Shown: positions 1 to 14,012 of the stretch, piece after piece
Numbering within the stretch: the stretch's first letter is position 1
How the letters are laid out: the number at the start of each line of letters is the position of its first letter
Source: the human T2T-CHM13v2.0 reference genome, Homo sapiens
NCBI RefSeq assembly: GCF_009914755.1
Contig: NC_060942.1
Reading direction: 5' to 3' (one strand)
DNA length: 64,000 nt
The notes under the pieces: model-generated
Seen by the model: only the letters and a program-made list of their open reading frames with translations
Told to the model about the DNA's origin: nothing
The model's database searches: none
Translations under genes and position numbers: made by a program

Positions 1-880
1 GCTGATAGAATAAAATTATTATGTATAAGCTCACACTGAAATAAACAAATCATAAAATAAATAAACAATAATAGGGAAGAAGAGACAGCTCTTTCTTAGT
101 GTAGAATGTTGAAAGAGAGGGAAACAGGAAATCACCATTAGGCAAACACCACAGTGATAATTAATTGTTGCAGACAAGATCCACCAACGGATGCTCAAAT
201 CAGTGGGCGAGAAACAAAATATTTGCGTAGTCCCAAAATATCTTCCTCCCAGATATTTATTGACTGCAAAGAGAAAGATGATAACTTTATGGTGAGAAAA
301 TCTGGCAGACACCATCTTAACAAGTGAGCAAGTTAACATCACCAGTAATAAGACAGATGGACATCCTGAACCCCTGGGAGGAGGGAACATCCCCTCTCTG
401 GTTTTCTTACCGAAATGCACGGCCTTGTTTCCAGTCATGAGAAGACATCAGACAAACCCAAATGAAGGGATGGTCTACATGTTATAGTTTGTGATGACTT
501 CTCAGATTGCGGCTGGGGACGACAGCTACTTTCTACTTCTGTGTTCTACATTCTTTATATTCTACAAATCACTGATCAGTGCTCTTCAAAAGTGTCAAGG
601 TCAGGAAATACAAGGAAAGACTGAAGGAAACTAAGGAGACAGGACAACTACATGCACGACTGGATCCTGGACCAGAAAAAGGACATTCGTGGAGGAACTA
701 GTGAGATGTGACTACAGTCTGTGGTTTAGTTAATAGTATTGTCCCAGCATCACGTTCTTGGTTTGCATAATGCGCTGTGGGCAAGTAAGGTGTTCATATC
801 AGGGAAGTTGGATATGCATTCTCTATGCTATTTTTACATTTCTGCACATCTAACATGGGTTCATAGTAAAAAGTTTTCTT
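1..880 (+). mobile_element. Old L1 3' UTR fragment (L1MC4-like)
   Basis: Motifs such as ctggcagacaccatcttaacaagtga, catgagaagacatcagacaaaccc and ctggatcctggaccagaaaaaggacatt resemble the recalled L1MC 3' consensus. Confidence 0.7.
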
Positions 881-909
881 TAAAAAGAGCCTCTATGTTT
901 TATAGATAA

Positions 910-1241
<332 letters not shown>

Positions 1242-1625
1242 GCTAATGGATGTTTTTAAAGGCCAGATACGTCTTTGAACGTAACCCGTACTTGTCACAG
1301 CAATTTTCCTGGCAGAACCTAAATAAGGTTCATTGAAAATTTTCTACCATGGGCCCTTATCGATGAATTGCTGTATCAGAGAATGTGACCAGGGCTGAGG
1401 TGAGCTGGGAAAGGCTCTGCAGTCAGGTGACCTGTGGCCAAACACTGCGGATGGCTTGCTCTGTTTGCTTTAATTAAAAGAATCTGCCCAGGTAAGAGGT
1501 CCCCCGGCCTCAGAGCCCTTTGTTGTTACTGTTCCCCAGGGTTTAGACAGCTTGTTTCCACAGGTGTTTGCAAGATGCAGTGTAAAGACAGACCGAGTGC
1601 AGTCATCTGATCTTTTTCACGACAG

Positions 1626-1761
1626 GAACGGGGGAGGCCGCAGTGGGACGTTCTGCGCCATCAGCATCGTATGTGAGATGCTCCGGCACCAGAGAACCGT
1701 GGATGTCTTTCACGCTGTGAAGACACTGAGGAACAACAAGCCCAACATGGTCGACCTCCTG
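1626..1761 (+). CDS. PTPRM: PTPRM penultimate coding exon (PTP D2 domain: ...[45 protein letters not shown])
   Basis: Acceptor tttttcacgacag|G at 1625/1626 and donor CTG|gtagga at 1761/1762 (136 nt). Encodes the second half of the HCxxGxGRSG PTP loop of an R2B receptor PTP and splices in frame to 13259. Confidence 0.96.
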
Positions 1762-4700
1762 GTAGGACACCCCCTCTGAGCTGTTCCATGAGACACCCCA
1801 TTAGCATTAGAATCCACTCCAGCTCCCAGATTTGCAGGGAAACTGATGCGTAGAGGAAGAGACTCATTTTCAAAATCACAATGTAATCACTTTGCTTGTA
1901 GGGCTTTTTTCTTCTTTCTTGTTCTCCCTCTTCCTCTCTTTGTTCTTCACACGGAGACTTTGTCTCCAGCTCATTCGAAATGCGGAAATAGCTGAAACTC
2001 ACAAGTGAACATCCTTATTAACTTCCCTTCCTGGCAGTGCCTTCCATGTGGCTAAGCACTTAGTCTTCACAGAGAAGAAATAATCATAGTACGTGAAATG
2101 CCAGATTTTCAAATTATATATTTTATAAATAGCTTAATCGCCTAATATTTATCAAAGCTGTGAATTTTAGTTTGACATCCAGAATATTGCATTTAATTAT
2201 GGTGGCCATATCTGAGAAAAGTATTAAAGGAGATGAGAAACAAAGGACAATGTACAATTATTTTCTTAAGAGTATTTTATGAAATCTCTTTTTATGTGGA
2301 GCTGTTGAAATGCCAACCACCGTGACTCTAGAATAGTTTAAAGGAGGAAGCTTTTAGATTAGGTTTTTGCACTTCTCTGTGAGTGGAGGAAGGATCTGTA
2401 GGAAACAGCAGGACTAATCCAAGGTTGGAAAATGGCTTGGGGGCAGGAGAGGGAGGAAGAGATGGCCGATGGGACAAGCGCCAAAGCCAATGTTCCCAGG
2501 TCCACAGCATCACAACACTGGGGTTGATGTTAAAAATTAAAATAAAGGGACTTAAGAGGGAGTTGAGAGTCAAGCTGAATTTGAGGAAGTAGCCATGGTC
2601 CTCATGCAGTTTAAGAAGTCATAATAGCAGTGCTCCAGGCTGGCTAATAGTAGTGACCAATGACAACGAGCTCCCAAACGTGTCCCACTCATCACGAACC
2701 ACTCTCCAGGGCATCCACTTTGCCCAGATACATGTCTCGTGCCTGATGAGCTGCTCCATTTCCAAGAAGCATGGCTGTTGGTCAGAAAATTTGTCACACC
2801 CACTTGGTTAGGCACACTCTCACCCATCAGCTGTTAGCATGTTGGCTTCTAGAAGGGGCAGAAAGGACTGTGCTCCCCAGACTCCTGCGCCCCTCCTCCC
2901 CACCCTACGGGGAGCCCATGGAAACCCAAATTCTAGTCTCAACTCTACTACTAATTCTAGTTAGGTGACCCCAAACACATTAGTTTTGTCATTTAAGTGT
3001 CCTTAAGCATGTCACTTAACTCCCTTAGGTTTTAGTTTTGTAAACTAGGGATACCATGAGCTCACTGAGGTACCCAGTGTGCAGAGAGATGTGAAAGTGT
3101 TTTGGAAATTGCAAAGGGGAGAGGTGGTTGTAGAGAGTGTAGGAGTCTGCCAGGCGTGATGCCATCAGTGGCCTGGCAGAAGGGCTCTAAGTGCCCTGGA
3201 TGTAGTAACGGATTTCCTGTGGGTTGTTGAAAGGCTGGTGTGGGGCTTCACTAGGACCGTCTCCCTCCCTGCAATCCCACCTGAATGGTAAAGAGTTCTA
3301 CCGCCATGGAATTCCCAGTGTTCCAGGATGGAGGCAATTGAGCAAAGAGTGGCCATGCTGTCGGCAGAGGCCTGAGTTTGGGCTAGCAGAGGATAGAAAC
3401 AAATGCACAAATGAAATATTCTGCCTGTGGCTTTGTGAGGTAGTTAACCTCACTAATTCAGGGACAGGTATGTAGCCTCGAGACTCTGGTTGGTACTTGG
3501 GCACAGCTGACCTTGATCAAAAAAAATGTCACTTCCCTCTCACTGCAGCCTGAATTAAGCACATCATTAGAAACAGACCCTTCCAGGCCTTTCCTCTAAT
3601 GGCTCCAGCTGCAGCTTTCATCACTCACCAGGTTTTATGGGCAGGAGTGATGGGGCTTTTTCCAAATCAGTGGTGCACGCTGAAGGACAGGGGTGATTTT
3701 TCGTGAAATAAATGGAGGCTTAGATGGCCGAACCAGAAGGGAGCTTGCGGTCCCAGCCCACGATTCTATCGTAACTTAGGACTTTTTGTATTATGTGTGA
3801 TCCTGAGGGAGAAGATGGGATTTCTGGGTGCCCAGACCTCCAAAGTCAGCAGCAGGTGGAGGATAAGGTCAGGGTCTGAGAAATGTAGGAAAGTTTTGCA
3901 ATGTCTGGAGAAAACTATGTGACATATCTGTCACGGGGCTGTTAGCAGGGTATTAGATAATATCTGGTGACAAAGAAAATCTCACCATCCTCTTTTCAGT
4001 GGGTTTGAAGCTTCCAGAACTGAATAGGACCTGTTGTCATTTGGTTTTGCCTGTAAATACGACTTCTGTTTAGTTTGGTGTTGATACCTCTGTATGTTGT
4101 CTGAGAGAATTAATTAGCTTAGGCCAGGGTGATAAAGTCTGGTACAGTTTTATTGGGCATCACAGGCCATCTGAGGCCTGAGTGTGTCCTAAGCACAGAA
4201 TGTTGTGCCAGCAGCTGAAAAGAGCAGTGTACTGAGTCTACTTAGCCGCGTCTTCAGAGGATGACGAGCATGTGCCAGACAGCCCTGGGGGCACTTCCGA
4301 GTGTCTGCAGAGGCAGGCTAGGGTGCAATAGAGGGGCCCTCGCCCCAGCCCCACCAGATCACATGTGTGGCTGCATTCCCTCATGGTCCCTTCCGTTCAG
4401 AACAGGCAAATGCTACCGCTCTACCCTCCCTGCCAGGGCGGGTGAGCACACAGAGGGACGCTGTGTCTCTCACCATCTCCCTTTGCAGCTCTGATTGTTC
4501 TAAATTGCTTCTGAGTGGGAAGATTCGTCGGTTCGTGTTGAAGCATGACACTCTCCAGGGAGATCCAGAAAGCCCTCAAGATGTATTTCTGCAAATTTTT
4601 AGCTTTGGGAGCTCTGGAGAAAAGCCAGTGGATTGCCAGGAGGCAAAATAGTTTCTAATACAAGACTAGATTTTTTTGTATCCAGCAGGGGCAGCTGCAT

Positions 4701-5167
4701 TTTTCCTGACCCCTTTTTCAGCCCGCTTCTAAGTTATCCATCTCTTCAACCAGCCTCAAGTCCCCATCAAAGAACTGGGTCCCCAGAGGATGGACAAGGA
4801 CAGCACAGCCTGAGATTCCCCACGACTCGCCTAGTTATATTCAGAAGGAGTGCTGGCACCTGAGCTCCTTTGAAGAGACTCCGGCTGCAGGAAAGCGGCT
4901 GCTTCACGCTGGCAGCTCCCCTCTCACTTTTGCCTTCCTTAATGGCTTTTGAAGTTCCCAGGGCTCTGTTTTAACATAGAAATGGTCTTCAAGGGCAGAT
5001 CTTGCCTAGAGAAACATAGTGTCCCCTGTGAGGTGGTGGGAACTTTGGAAGACTCCCCTCCACAGCCTAGTGCACTGCCCAGGAAGTGAACAACTGGCCC
5101 CATCATTTACCCAAATGCCTTGGGCAGGGCTGACAAAGCTGCCTCTGCAGGTAATTACACACTTTAA

Positions 5168-5433
<266 letters not shown>

Positions 5434-5633
5434 TGGCATCTTATCTTAGTTTCATGCCATTCTGCACATATTTCTCAGCCTCTGTTCTATGTGCAGCATC
5501 ACTGGGCATTGATGCAAGAGAAGTAGAAGATACAGTCTCTCCCACATGGAGCTTAGAACTCACTGGAGATGCAAAAGTCCTACCTGAACCTCAGTTTTCT
5601 CATCTGTAAAGTGGGAGTAAGAATATTAAGCCT

Positions 5634-5936
<303 letters not shown>

Positions 5937-5944
5937 CTATTAAT

Positions 5945-6655
5945 TCAGTCACAAAAGGCCACATATTCTATGACTCCTTGTCTGTGAAATGTTCAAAACA
6001 GACAAATCCATGAGACAGAAAGTAGAGTAGTGGCTGCTGAGGGCTGGGGGAGGGAGATGGGGGTGACTGCTGATAGGCACAGGGTTTCTTTCTGAGGTGA
6101 TGGGAATGTTTTAAACTTAGATTGTATATAAGTCTGTAAATATACTGAAAACCACTGAACTGTGTTAAAGTACAAAATTACAACACATTTAATTTGAAGG
6201 TCTAATTGGCTTGTATTAGTGACCCTAGAATCAGGCAACATGTCATTCTGTAAAATAGAACGAGTGCTCCAAGGAGCTGAGCAGAGGAGGCTGCTTTATA
6301 GGCAGAAAAAAGCTTGAGAAGGCAGAGACAGGGAACACAACGCAGATCGGTTGTTTCAAACTTCCTTCCATCATACGGTTAAAACAGAAGGGACTTCTTT
6401 ATCATGGCAGCTCAGGAAAACCGGGTCGCTTCTGACTGGTTGTTGCACTTCTCCTGATGTTTGGAAAGCTGCCCTATTTCAAAGTTCAGTTGGATGGCGA
6501 CGTAGCACCTAGCACGAGGGACTCCATTCTGGTTTGGTCTAGTCTGTCAGGGCCTCATCCAAACAGTGGCCTCTCATGAACTTTATGTAACAACTGTATC
6601 CTTTAAAGAGGCCAATTTTATGGTATGTGAATTATATCTCAACAAAGCTGTTGTT
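5945..6655 (+). mobile_element. Old L1 (L1ME/L1MB) 3' end, interrupted by an LTR at 6163-6592
   Basis: L1 3' motifs before the LTR (agacagaaagtagagtagtggctgc...accactgaactg) resume directly after it (tatcctttaaa...ttttatggtatgtgaattatatctcaa). Confidence 0.8.
6163..6592 (-). mobile_element. ERV1 solo LTR (MER93/MER4-group-like)
   Basis: TG...CA termini with exact 4-bp TSD ACTG at 6159-6162 and 6593-6596. The reverse complement starts tgttacataaagttcatgagaggccactg...accaaaccagaatggagtc, like the recalled MER93. Confidence 0.8.
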
Positions 6656-7342
6656 TTTTACAAAGTAACATCAAAAACAACAAAAAAGAATACTGTTCAT
6701 AGAAGGCTACGGGGCTTTTCTGTTTATGGAACATGTCCCAAGAGTTATCTTGTTATACTCAGTCACCTTCACCAAAGCCAGAAGAGGTGCTGCCGCTGCA
6801 CCCCCTTTACAGAGAAGTCTAGCGTTTCGTCATTCGTGCAAGCCAAATCCAGATCCGGATCCCTCCTCCCAGCTCCAAGCCTGCTGATGTTCAACCACCC
6901 TACAAGGAGCCCCCCAAGCTTTCTCCCAGCCTAGAGGCTGGACACCAGCGGGGCTCTCAGGGTTCATGATGTGTGGAAAAGGTAAGGGAAAAAAATCGAC
7001 AACTAAAAGCCATTAGACGAAAATTCCAAATAGAATGTAGCCGGATAAGCAGTCCCAACCCACCTGGGAGTCTGAAAGGGAGGGCCCTGTAGGAAGGTGA
7101 TGGTCATAACCCTTCGCTGGGTTGATTTGTTACTGAGTTGCTGGGAGAAATCCAGGATAAAGGGTGGTAAAGCAGTGCATGCTCTTGCACCGGGAGAAAA
7201 AGGGCACAGGTTAGTGTAGGGGACCTGAGAACAGGGCAGAGCTCAATCACTGTGTGTGTGAGCTTCATCTCAGACCAGGTGTAACAGGAACAGCCCCGTC
7301 CACCATCACGTGCCTTGTAAGATTCAGAAAAGAGCATCTCCT

Positions 7343-7640
7343 CAGTGGTTCTCAAGCCTGGTTGCCCACTGAAGTCATCTGGGAGCTTTAGAACAATTCT
7401 GATCCCTGGGCCCACCTGGAGACTGATTCGATTGGTCAGGGGCCTGGCTGCAGCAGCCGAGTGTTAAAAGCCCCTGGTGAGTCTCATGTGCAGCCTAGCT
7501 TAAGAACCATGTCTGCTCTAGACGCAGTATCAGCCCAGGCTGCACTTGAGAATCCGCCCACCCCCAACTCCCGGGGGAGCTTTCAGAAATACCAGTGCAC
7601 AGGCCTGCCCCAGCCCACTTCAGCCAGAGGCTCTGAGATG
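7343..7640. mobile_element. MER5-type hAT DNA transposon fragments (two adjacent)
   Basis: cagtggttctcaa...ctgggagcttt...ctggtgagtctcatgtgcagcc...aagaacca ends, followed by a second degenerate copy. Confidence 0.65.
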
Positions 7641-10439
7641 GAGCCCCCGCCAGGTAGGATAGACGTGCCACACGGCTGAGAAAGTTGGTGTAGGAGGATC
7701 AGCGGGCCTCTCCCTTCCCTGCAGTGCCATGCGGCGGTGTTCACAGCTCGCCGCCCCCTCCCCCTCCGTCCCACTTACTCCAGAGCCAGGCCCCATCCTG
7801 ATCTGCGGATCTGCCGCACAGGTTCAGGTTGCCCCCTCTGTAACTTACAGCCGACCCTCCAGACTCAGCCTCACCTCCCCTTTAGTAAGCCAACAATGGA
7901 CTCACATACAAAATGCAATGTGGTGTGGGGCCTACAGCTCTCCCCCTTGTGCCACCAACTGGTGTGTATAGGCTGTCCCTCAATAGCTCTTGCTGTGAAA
8001 TTTGCAGCCTATTTAACGGCTGTGCATGTGTGTGTGCATGTGTTGGGGTGGTGAGTGCAGGAGTTGGGTGGGAATCAGAGGTGAGCTAGGGTCCCCAATC
8101 CACACTCCAGGCACCTTGAATCCACCCATGGTCAGTCTTCCTGCACTGTTGAGGAAGGTTTGTAATAATTTTTGCTAATACCCCATCCCCTCTCCCCACC
8201 CCCAGATTCCACTTGCCCATCCTGCCCCCTACACTCAGCACCAGCCAAGCGCCTGGCTCCCAGGAGTTTCCCAGTAAGCATTTTCTGAGTGACTGAACCA
8301 TTCTTCTCTGCAGCCAGACCTGAGTCCAACCTGAGCCACCCTTTGCTGCCCTCTCCAACCTAGGGGAGGTTGTGGCTGTGCTCAGCAGGGCCTCAATAAG
8401 GAACTGGGCATGGATTTTGCAGGGGGCTTTGGTGAAGAAAGTTCTACCTATAGGTATTAAAGATAGAGATTAAGGGAATGAGCCACTCATCATTCCAGGG
8501 ACATGCTGCTGTCTCGCTGAGCAGGGATGAGAATTTATTGGTCTCCTTGGCACAGAGTGGCTGGCCACAACCTGGCTGGGAACACTGAACTGAGGGATCC
8601 CACCACGGTAATAGGGCCCACGCTGCCCTTCTGGCAGGGCATCACTCAGAAGAATTTTTCCAGCCCGAAGGATCTGTCCGTTCAGGGTCTAGCCAAAATC
8701 ATAGAGCTTGCCTTAGTTTCAAAAGCAACCAGGTCAGAGGTGGAGGCTATTCTCTTTGAACCTTTGGAGGCCGTTGATGTGGTGTTTGAAGTGCCCACGC
8801 TGGCCGCCAGCCTGAGTTCCTTAGACACAGGCAGCCTGCGCAGACGACAAGGCTCGGGCCCCTGACGGAGGCCCCCAGTGCCGCCCGCTGGTGTGCTGGC
8901 CTCGTGACGCCCTCACCAAGCTAGCAGTGGCTTTTAACAGCCAACCTCAATTTCCAGTTCCCTTGCACATTTTGCTTTCTCCCACTCATAGGTACAGGAA
9001 GTCTGATCGGGAGCGGGGCCAGCGTCAGGGACCTTGGTGAGGAATAGCAGCAGGTTGCCCTGGTTACGGTCTGACCCAAGGATGTGAGGAGGACCGGGCC
9101 AGGCTCCCACCTGAGCCCCTACTCAGGGCACCTCCTCATGCCCGAAGCCAGCTAATGTCACCCAAATTGGAGCACTCAGGACCAAGGCCTAAACATTCCT
9201 TTTTCCCCTGGAGCACAGGGATGGCTCATGTGGCTTAATTATACTGTTCAAAAGGGAGTGAGCTGAGAGAGGAAACTGCAGCAGATAGACCTATACCTGG
9301 TAATCAAATGTAATCAGTTTCCAATGTAGGAAGATTTCAGGCATTTACCCAGGTGCTTGGGGGAGGGGACACAACAATTTGTGGTCTTCCTTCTCTTTCC
9401 CCTTATTTTTCTGATTCAGAAACCAGTCATCACAGAATCTATGGGGACTGGGTGCTTGCTCAGGAAGGATAAGGTGGGAGAGGGAGAATTCATTTTGAAA
9501 ATTATAGTCATGCCTGAGACAGGGCAGCTTCGGTGACTTCCAAGCAGCAGCTCCTTAGCAGCGAAGCCCAAAATCCCTCCTGAGTTTCCGGCCTGTGTTG
9601 TGGCCTGAGGGCAGCAGCCACATCTCTCCACTAGGTGCATTTTAACATGTTAAAAGGAAATATGTTAAAAGGATGGCTCTGAGTAGCCACTGAAATTAAT
9701 TGCACAATTAGGCTTGTATAAAATCTTTTTTATGCAGTAAGGGATGGGACCGTGTAGATTTCCATTACAGAAAGAATTGTCCCTGTGATTCACAAAAGCA
9801 TGATGGGAGCACTTCACAGCCAAGATGTCGGCCTGGTGATCTGACAACGTGGCCTTTTGGAATTTTGAAATTCCAATTATCTCTTTTAAATATTCTGAAA
9901 ATAAAAGTATCAAATCCTGAAATAATAAATACTAGAATATGAATCAGAAATCTAATTTTGCCCAGGGCAAGAAATAATTTTTTCCAGTTAAAAAGTTAAA
10001 AAAATACTTCTACCTTTATTGGCATTGTGTGTGGAAAAAGTGGTCTATTTAAGGGAAATACAGGCTAGTAAAATATTTGTTATTTGCACTAGGAGATAAT
10101 TTAAGGAACACCTTCTCAAATGTCATCAGACTTACTTTAAAGGCAAACCAAGTCCAAAAGTTCTAAATTGAGAAAGCTGGAAGGGAAACTTAAATATGAT
10201 CCAACCCCCTGTTTTATGACCAGAGGGGAATGGATTGGCCAAGATGTCGGGGATGGTTAATAGGACCTCAGGCTCCTGGTCAGTGTGGGGCACTCAGACC
10301 CATGAGTCTAGAAAGCAAAGAACAACTGGATTCATGTTTCCTATGTCAGAGTCCACCCAGTTGCAGTTCCACCTGAGTCCTTCACAGACATTAAAGGTAG
10401 GATTCACATCATGGAATAAGCATTTTTCTACTAGCGATT

Positions 10440-11370
10440 TGTTTAATAAAGCTTTATTGGAATATAATTTGCATGCCATAACATTTCCCCTTTTAGATGG
10501 AAATAATAGACACTGGGAACTCCAAAAGAGCAGGGAGGAGAGGGAGGGTTGAAAAATTACCTGTTGGGTATAACATTCGATTGTAATCAGTTTCCAGTGT
10601 TTTGCATTCCTACCAGCCGTGTAATGCACTATGAACATTCATTTGGGGGATGAATACCCTAGGAGCCCAATCCCCACCATTACATGTGTAATACCCATGT
10701 AATAAACAAGCACATGTACCCCAAATAAAAAAAAATCCCCTTTTAAAGTGTGTCATTCACTGGTTTTCAGTGTATTCACAGAGTTATGCAACCATCACCA
10801 CAAACCAAATGTTTAACATTTCCATCACCCACTTAGCCCCCTCAAAGAAATCCTAGACCTACTAGCAGCCACTCCCCATTACCCACTTCCAGGCTCTGGC
10901 AACCACCCTTCAGCTTCCAGTCTTTATAGATTTGCATGTGCTGGGTGTTTTCATAGAAAAGGAGTGTGTGCCCTTTTGAATCTGATTTCTTTCACTCAGC
11001 AGATTCATCCATGCTTCAGTTCATCCACGTTGTAACATGGATTAGTACTTCATTCCTTTTCATAGCCAAGTAATATTCCACTTTATGGCTATACTACATT
11101 TTATTGATGTACATTTGAGTTGTTTACCCTTTTTGGCTGTTAGGAATAATGCTCTGTGAACATTTGTTTACAGAGTTTTTGTGTATACGTATGTTTTCAG
11201 TTTCCTTAGGTGTACACCCAGTAGTAGAATTGCTAGGTCATATGGGAATTCTGTGTTTAACCTTTTGAGGAGCTGCCAGACGGTTTTCCAAAGTGGCTGC
11301 ACCGTTTGACATTCCCTCCAGCCGTGTATGAGGGTTCGCTTTCTCCACGCCCTCGCTAACACCTGCGATT
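10440..11370 (-). mobile_element. Old L1 (L1MB/ME) 3' region, interrupted by a younger L1 tail
   Basis: Antisense L1 3' motifs (gttatgcaaccatcacca, agtagaattgctaggtcatatggg, ttttccaaagtggctgcacc); ORF 11168..11362 resembles the L1 ORF2 C-terminus. Confidence 0.85.
10497..10735 (+). mobile_element. L1PB-like 3' tail with poly(A)
   Basis: atagacactgggaactccaaaag...gggttgaaaaattacct...cacatgtacccc plus A-tail; TSD-like tccccttttta on both sides. Confidence 0.75.
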
Positions 11371-12166
11371 TTCTTGTTATGTGAGCCTTCTCGTGAATGT
11401 TATTCCACTGACATTAATCTCATGGCACCGTCAGTGATTGAAATGATCTTCTTGTTCTCTGTCTTCGCCTCTGGATCATGACCTTCCCGAGGACTGAATG
11501 TGTCATAAAATCCCCAGTCTCTAGCAGTACATGTGTATTGAGTTGGATCACATGCTGCTGGACCCATGGCTTGTCATCATGTGTACATGTAGCCGACTTT
11601 GACTCTCAACTGTGTCAGTTCTGGGCTAGAGACTGTTACTTTATACAAAGAGAGATAAACTGTGTCCCTTGTCCTCAAATAAATAGGTTGGACTACTAGG
11701 GTATTTACAAAACAGAGTGTAGGTGAAGAAAAGGAAATTTCAGTGACAAATTAGGAGGCACTTAAGAAATACTGGACGTTTTCAATTAATTTGGCAAAAT
11801 GAAAAGTAATAGATACATTTCCTTGGTTGTGGCTGTGATGGGTAGAGACAGTGGTGCTGAACCTCGCTCACACATGTGAAAGCTTGTCTGCTCCAGAAGT
11901 AGAAGAGAGCCTTCCAGTTGCTAAGGCTCTGTCCAGGGCCGGGCTCCTGCCAGGTGGCAGGCAGAGGCTTCCTCAAGCCCTGCGTCCCTCTTCTGGGTTC
12001 AGAGACCACTCCCAGGCTTGGTTCTATCAGCACACTCCATGCATACAGGTGCAGAATGCTCTCCCCGGCCACCCGAGACCACACCTCAGCCAGGACCTTG
12101 TGCAGAGCTTGCTTGGGCCAAGGTACACGATCCAGGAAAGCTGAGCTCAAGAAAAATGAATCCAAT

Positions 12167-12333
12167 GCTGGATGTGGTGACTCGTGCCTATAATCCCAGC
12201 TAATTAGGAGGCTGAGGTGGGAGGATTGCCTGAGCCCAAGAGTTCGAGGCTGTGTTGAGCCATGATTGCACCACCGCACTCCAGCTTGGGTGACAAAGGG
12301 CCATGTTTCTTAAAAAGAAAAAAAAAAAAAAAA
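12167..12333 (+). mobile_element. Alu monomer (FRAM / AluJ right arm)
   Basis: Single right monomer gggaggattgcctgagcccaagagttcgaggctg...ctccagc followed by an A-tail. Confidence 0.8.
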
Positions 12334-13258
12334 GAAAGGAGGGAGAAATTAATTCCCTGTCTGATGAAGAACTGGTCTATGGGTCCCAGAGGATCTCAAA
12401 CATTTCCCCTTCTGTACCTTTCCTCGTCCTGTTGCCTCCGCCTGGAATGCCTGTTTTAATTAACGGGTGAGGATGGCCACGTACTTTATCCAAACTAGGG
12501 CACTTTGAGAGTGAAAGAGGGTTATGCCAGGACAACAGGCAGAAGCCAGGACCGTCCAGGGCAAACCAAGGCTGCCTCCACTCCACGCATCAGTTCCGTC
12601 CTCTGGGGAAGGCGCTGTCCACTTCCCACTGCCATCTTCCCTAAGAAGACCTGCCGTCCCCTGAGCATAGGGACCATTCCACCTCATGTGTTGTCATTGG
12701 GTTACCTGTCTCATCCTCCTCACTGGATCACGGACTTCTCAAAATCAGGGACCAGGTCAAGGGGCTTGGTATTCAGGAGGTGCTTATGAAATTCTCATGA
12801 GATTGAGGAATTCCCACAGACTGAAAGTCAAAGGTAAAGCTGGATCATGCATGAGGCCTCATCTAGGTACCAAGGGCCTTGTGAGAGATGTCAGGAAGGC
12901 ATTTCCTGAAGCACTCATTACTTTCTCTTCTACCCCTGACCCTCCTGCACAAAGCTCAGCATGTTGATATCCTGGAAAATACATGTGTGGACAAACATAT
13001 TTAGAGTTCCAAGTGTCCAGAACCTTCCGGGAATTCTAGCCAGCACAGGTAGCAAAATACCTTCCACCCAGCATTGTGGGGAGCATCTCCAAACAGTGAA
13101 TGTATCTGGAGTTCAGAACCGTGACTTTCTGATTCATTTCTAATTCAAATCCTCCCAGATTGATGTCTTCCCATTAAGACCCTACTCTATGGTAATTGCT
13201 TTACTAGGAACAGCGTTGAGATATTCTTGAGCTGACACTTTCCCCTCCTGTTTTCCAG

Positions 13259-13312
13259 GATCAGTACAAGTTCTGCTACGAGGTGGCCCTGGAATACTTG
13301 AATTCTGGCTGA
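13259..13312 (+). CDS. PTPRM: PTPRM terminal coding exon (DQYKFCYEVALEYLNSG*)
   Basis: Strong acceptor ctttcccctcctgttttccag|GAT, phase 0 matching the donor at 1761. TGA at 13310-13312. The translation matches the known PTPmu C-terminus. Confidence 0.96.
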   Translation, partial: DQYKFCYEVALEYLNSG

Positions 13313-14012
13313 TGGTGTAAACAGCTCTGCAAACAATCCCTTTCATACCACAAAGCCAAGACGTTCCATGGTATTTGTGCAAAAGAGATGAAGACTTCTC
13401 AATATGCTTATTTTGCTTTGCATAATTGGCTCTTTTTAAGAGCCCAAGAAAGTGTTTCTAAAATTGCTTGCACTGCCCAATCCCAGTAATGCTGCTGCCT
13501 GACAGAAACACACACACAGCCACAGTTGCCAAATCCCGTACTCCTTGCCACCGGCTTCCTAGAGCAGCGTAGACAGCTGGTAAACTGAAGAGCACAACTA
13601 TATTCTTATGAAGGAATTTGTACCTTTGGGGTATTATTTTGTGGCCCGTGACCCTCGTTATTGTTACAGCTGAGTGTATGTTTTTGTTCTGTGGAGAATG
13701 CTATCTGGCATTATGGTAATATATTATTTTAGGTAATATTTGTACTTTAACATGTTGCATAATATATGCTTATGTAGCTTTCCAGGACTAACAGATAAAT
13801 GTGTAATGAACAAAGATATGTTGTATGAGTCGTCGTTTCTGTCAGATTTGTATTGTTTCCAAGGGAAAAGCTTGGGGGAGGACTCAGTTCACAAAATGCA
13901 AAACTCAACGATCAGATTCACGGACCCAGAGCTTTTCCATGTGTTTATATTGTAAATATTTTTGATTTCATCAAATTATTTATTCATTAAAAGAAATTTT
14001 TGTGAAGCACAG
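13313..14012 (+). other. PTPRM: PTPRM 3' UTR
   Basis: Repeat-free AU-rich sequence after the stop, ending ~20 nt past ATTAAA; the exact cleavage site is inferred. Confidence 0.8.
13986..13991 (+). terminator. Polyadenylation signal ATTAAA (likely main PTPRM site)
   Basis: Variant hexamer preceded by U-rich/UGUA elements (tgtaaata at 13951) and followed by GU/U-rich sequence. Confidence 0.7.

Noticed and set aside
1552-1779. 75-aa ORF as a standalone gene
   Set aside because: Only 1626-1761 is exon; the flanks are intron read-through in the same frame.
9819-10250. Exact 13-bp repeat GCCAAGATGTCGG (9819 and 10238), YY1-like
   Set aside because: Too short to exclude chance, and it deviates from the YY1 core AAGATGGCG.
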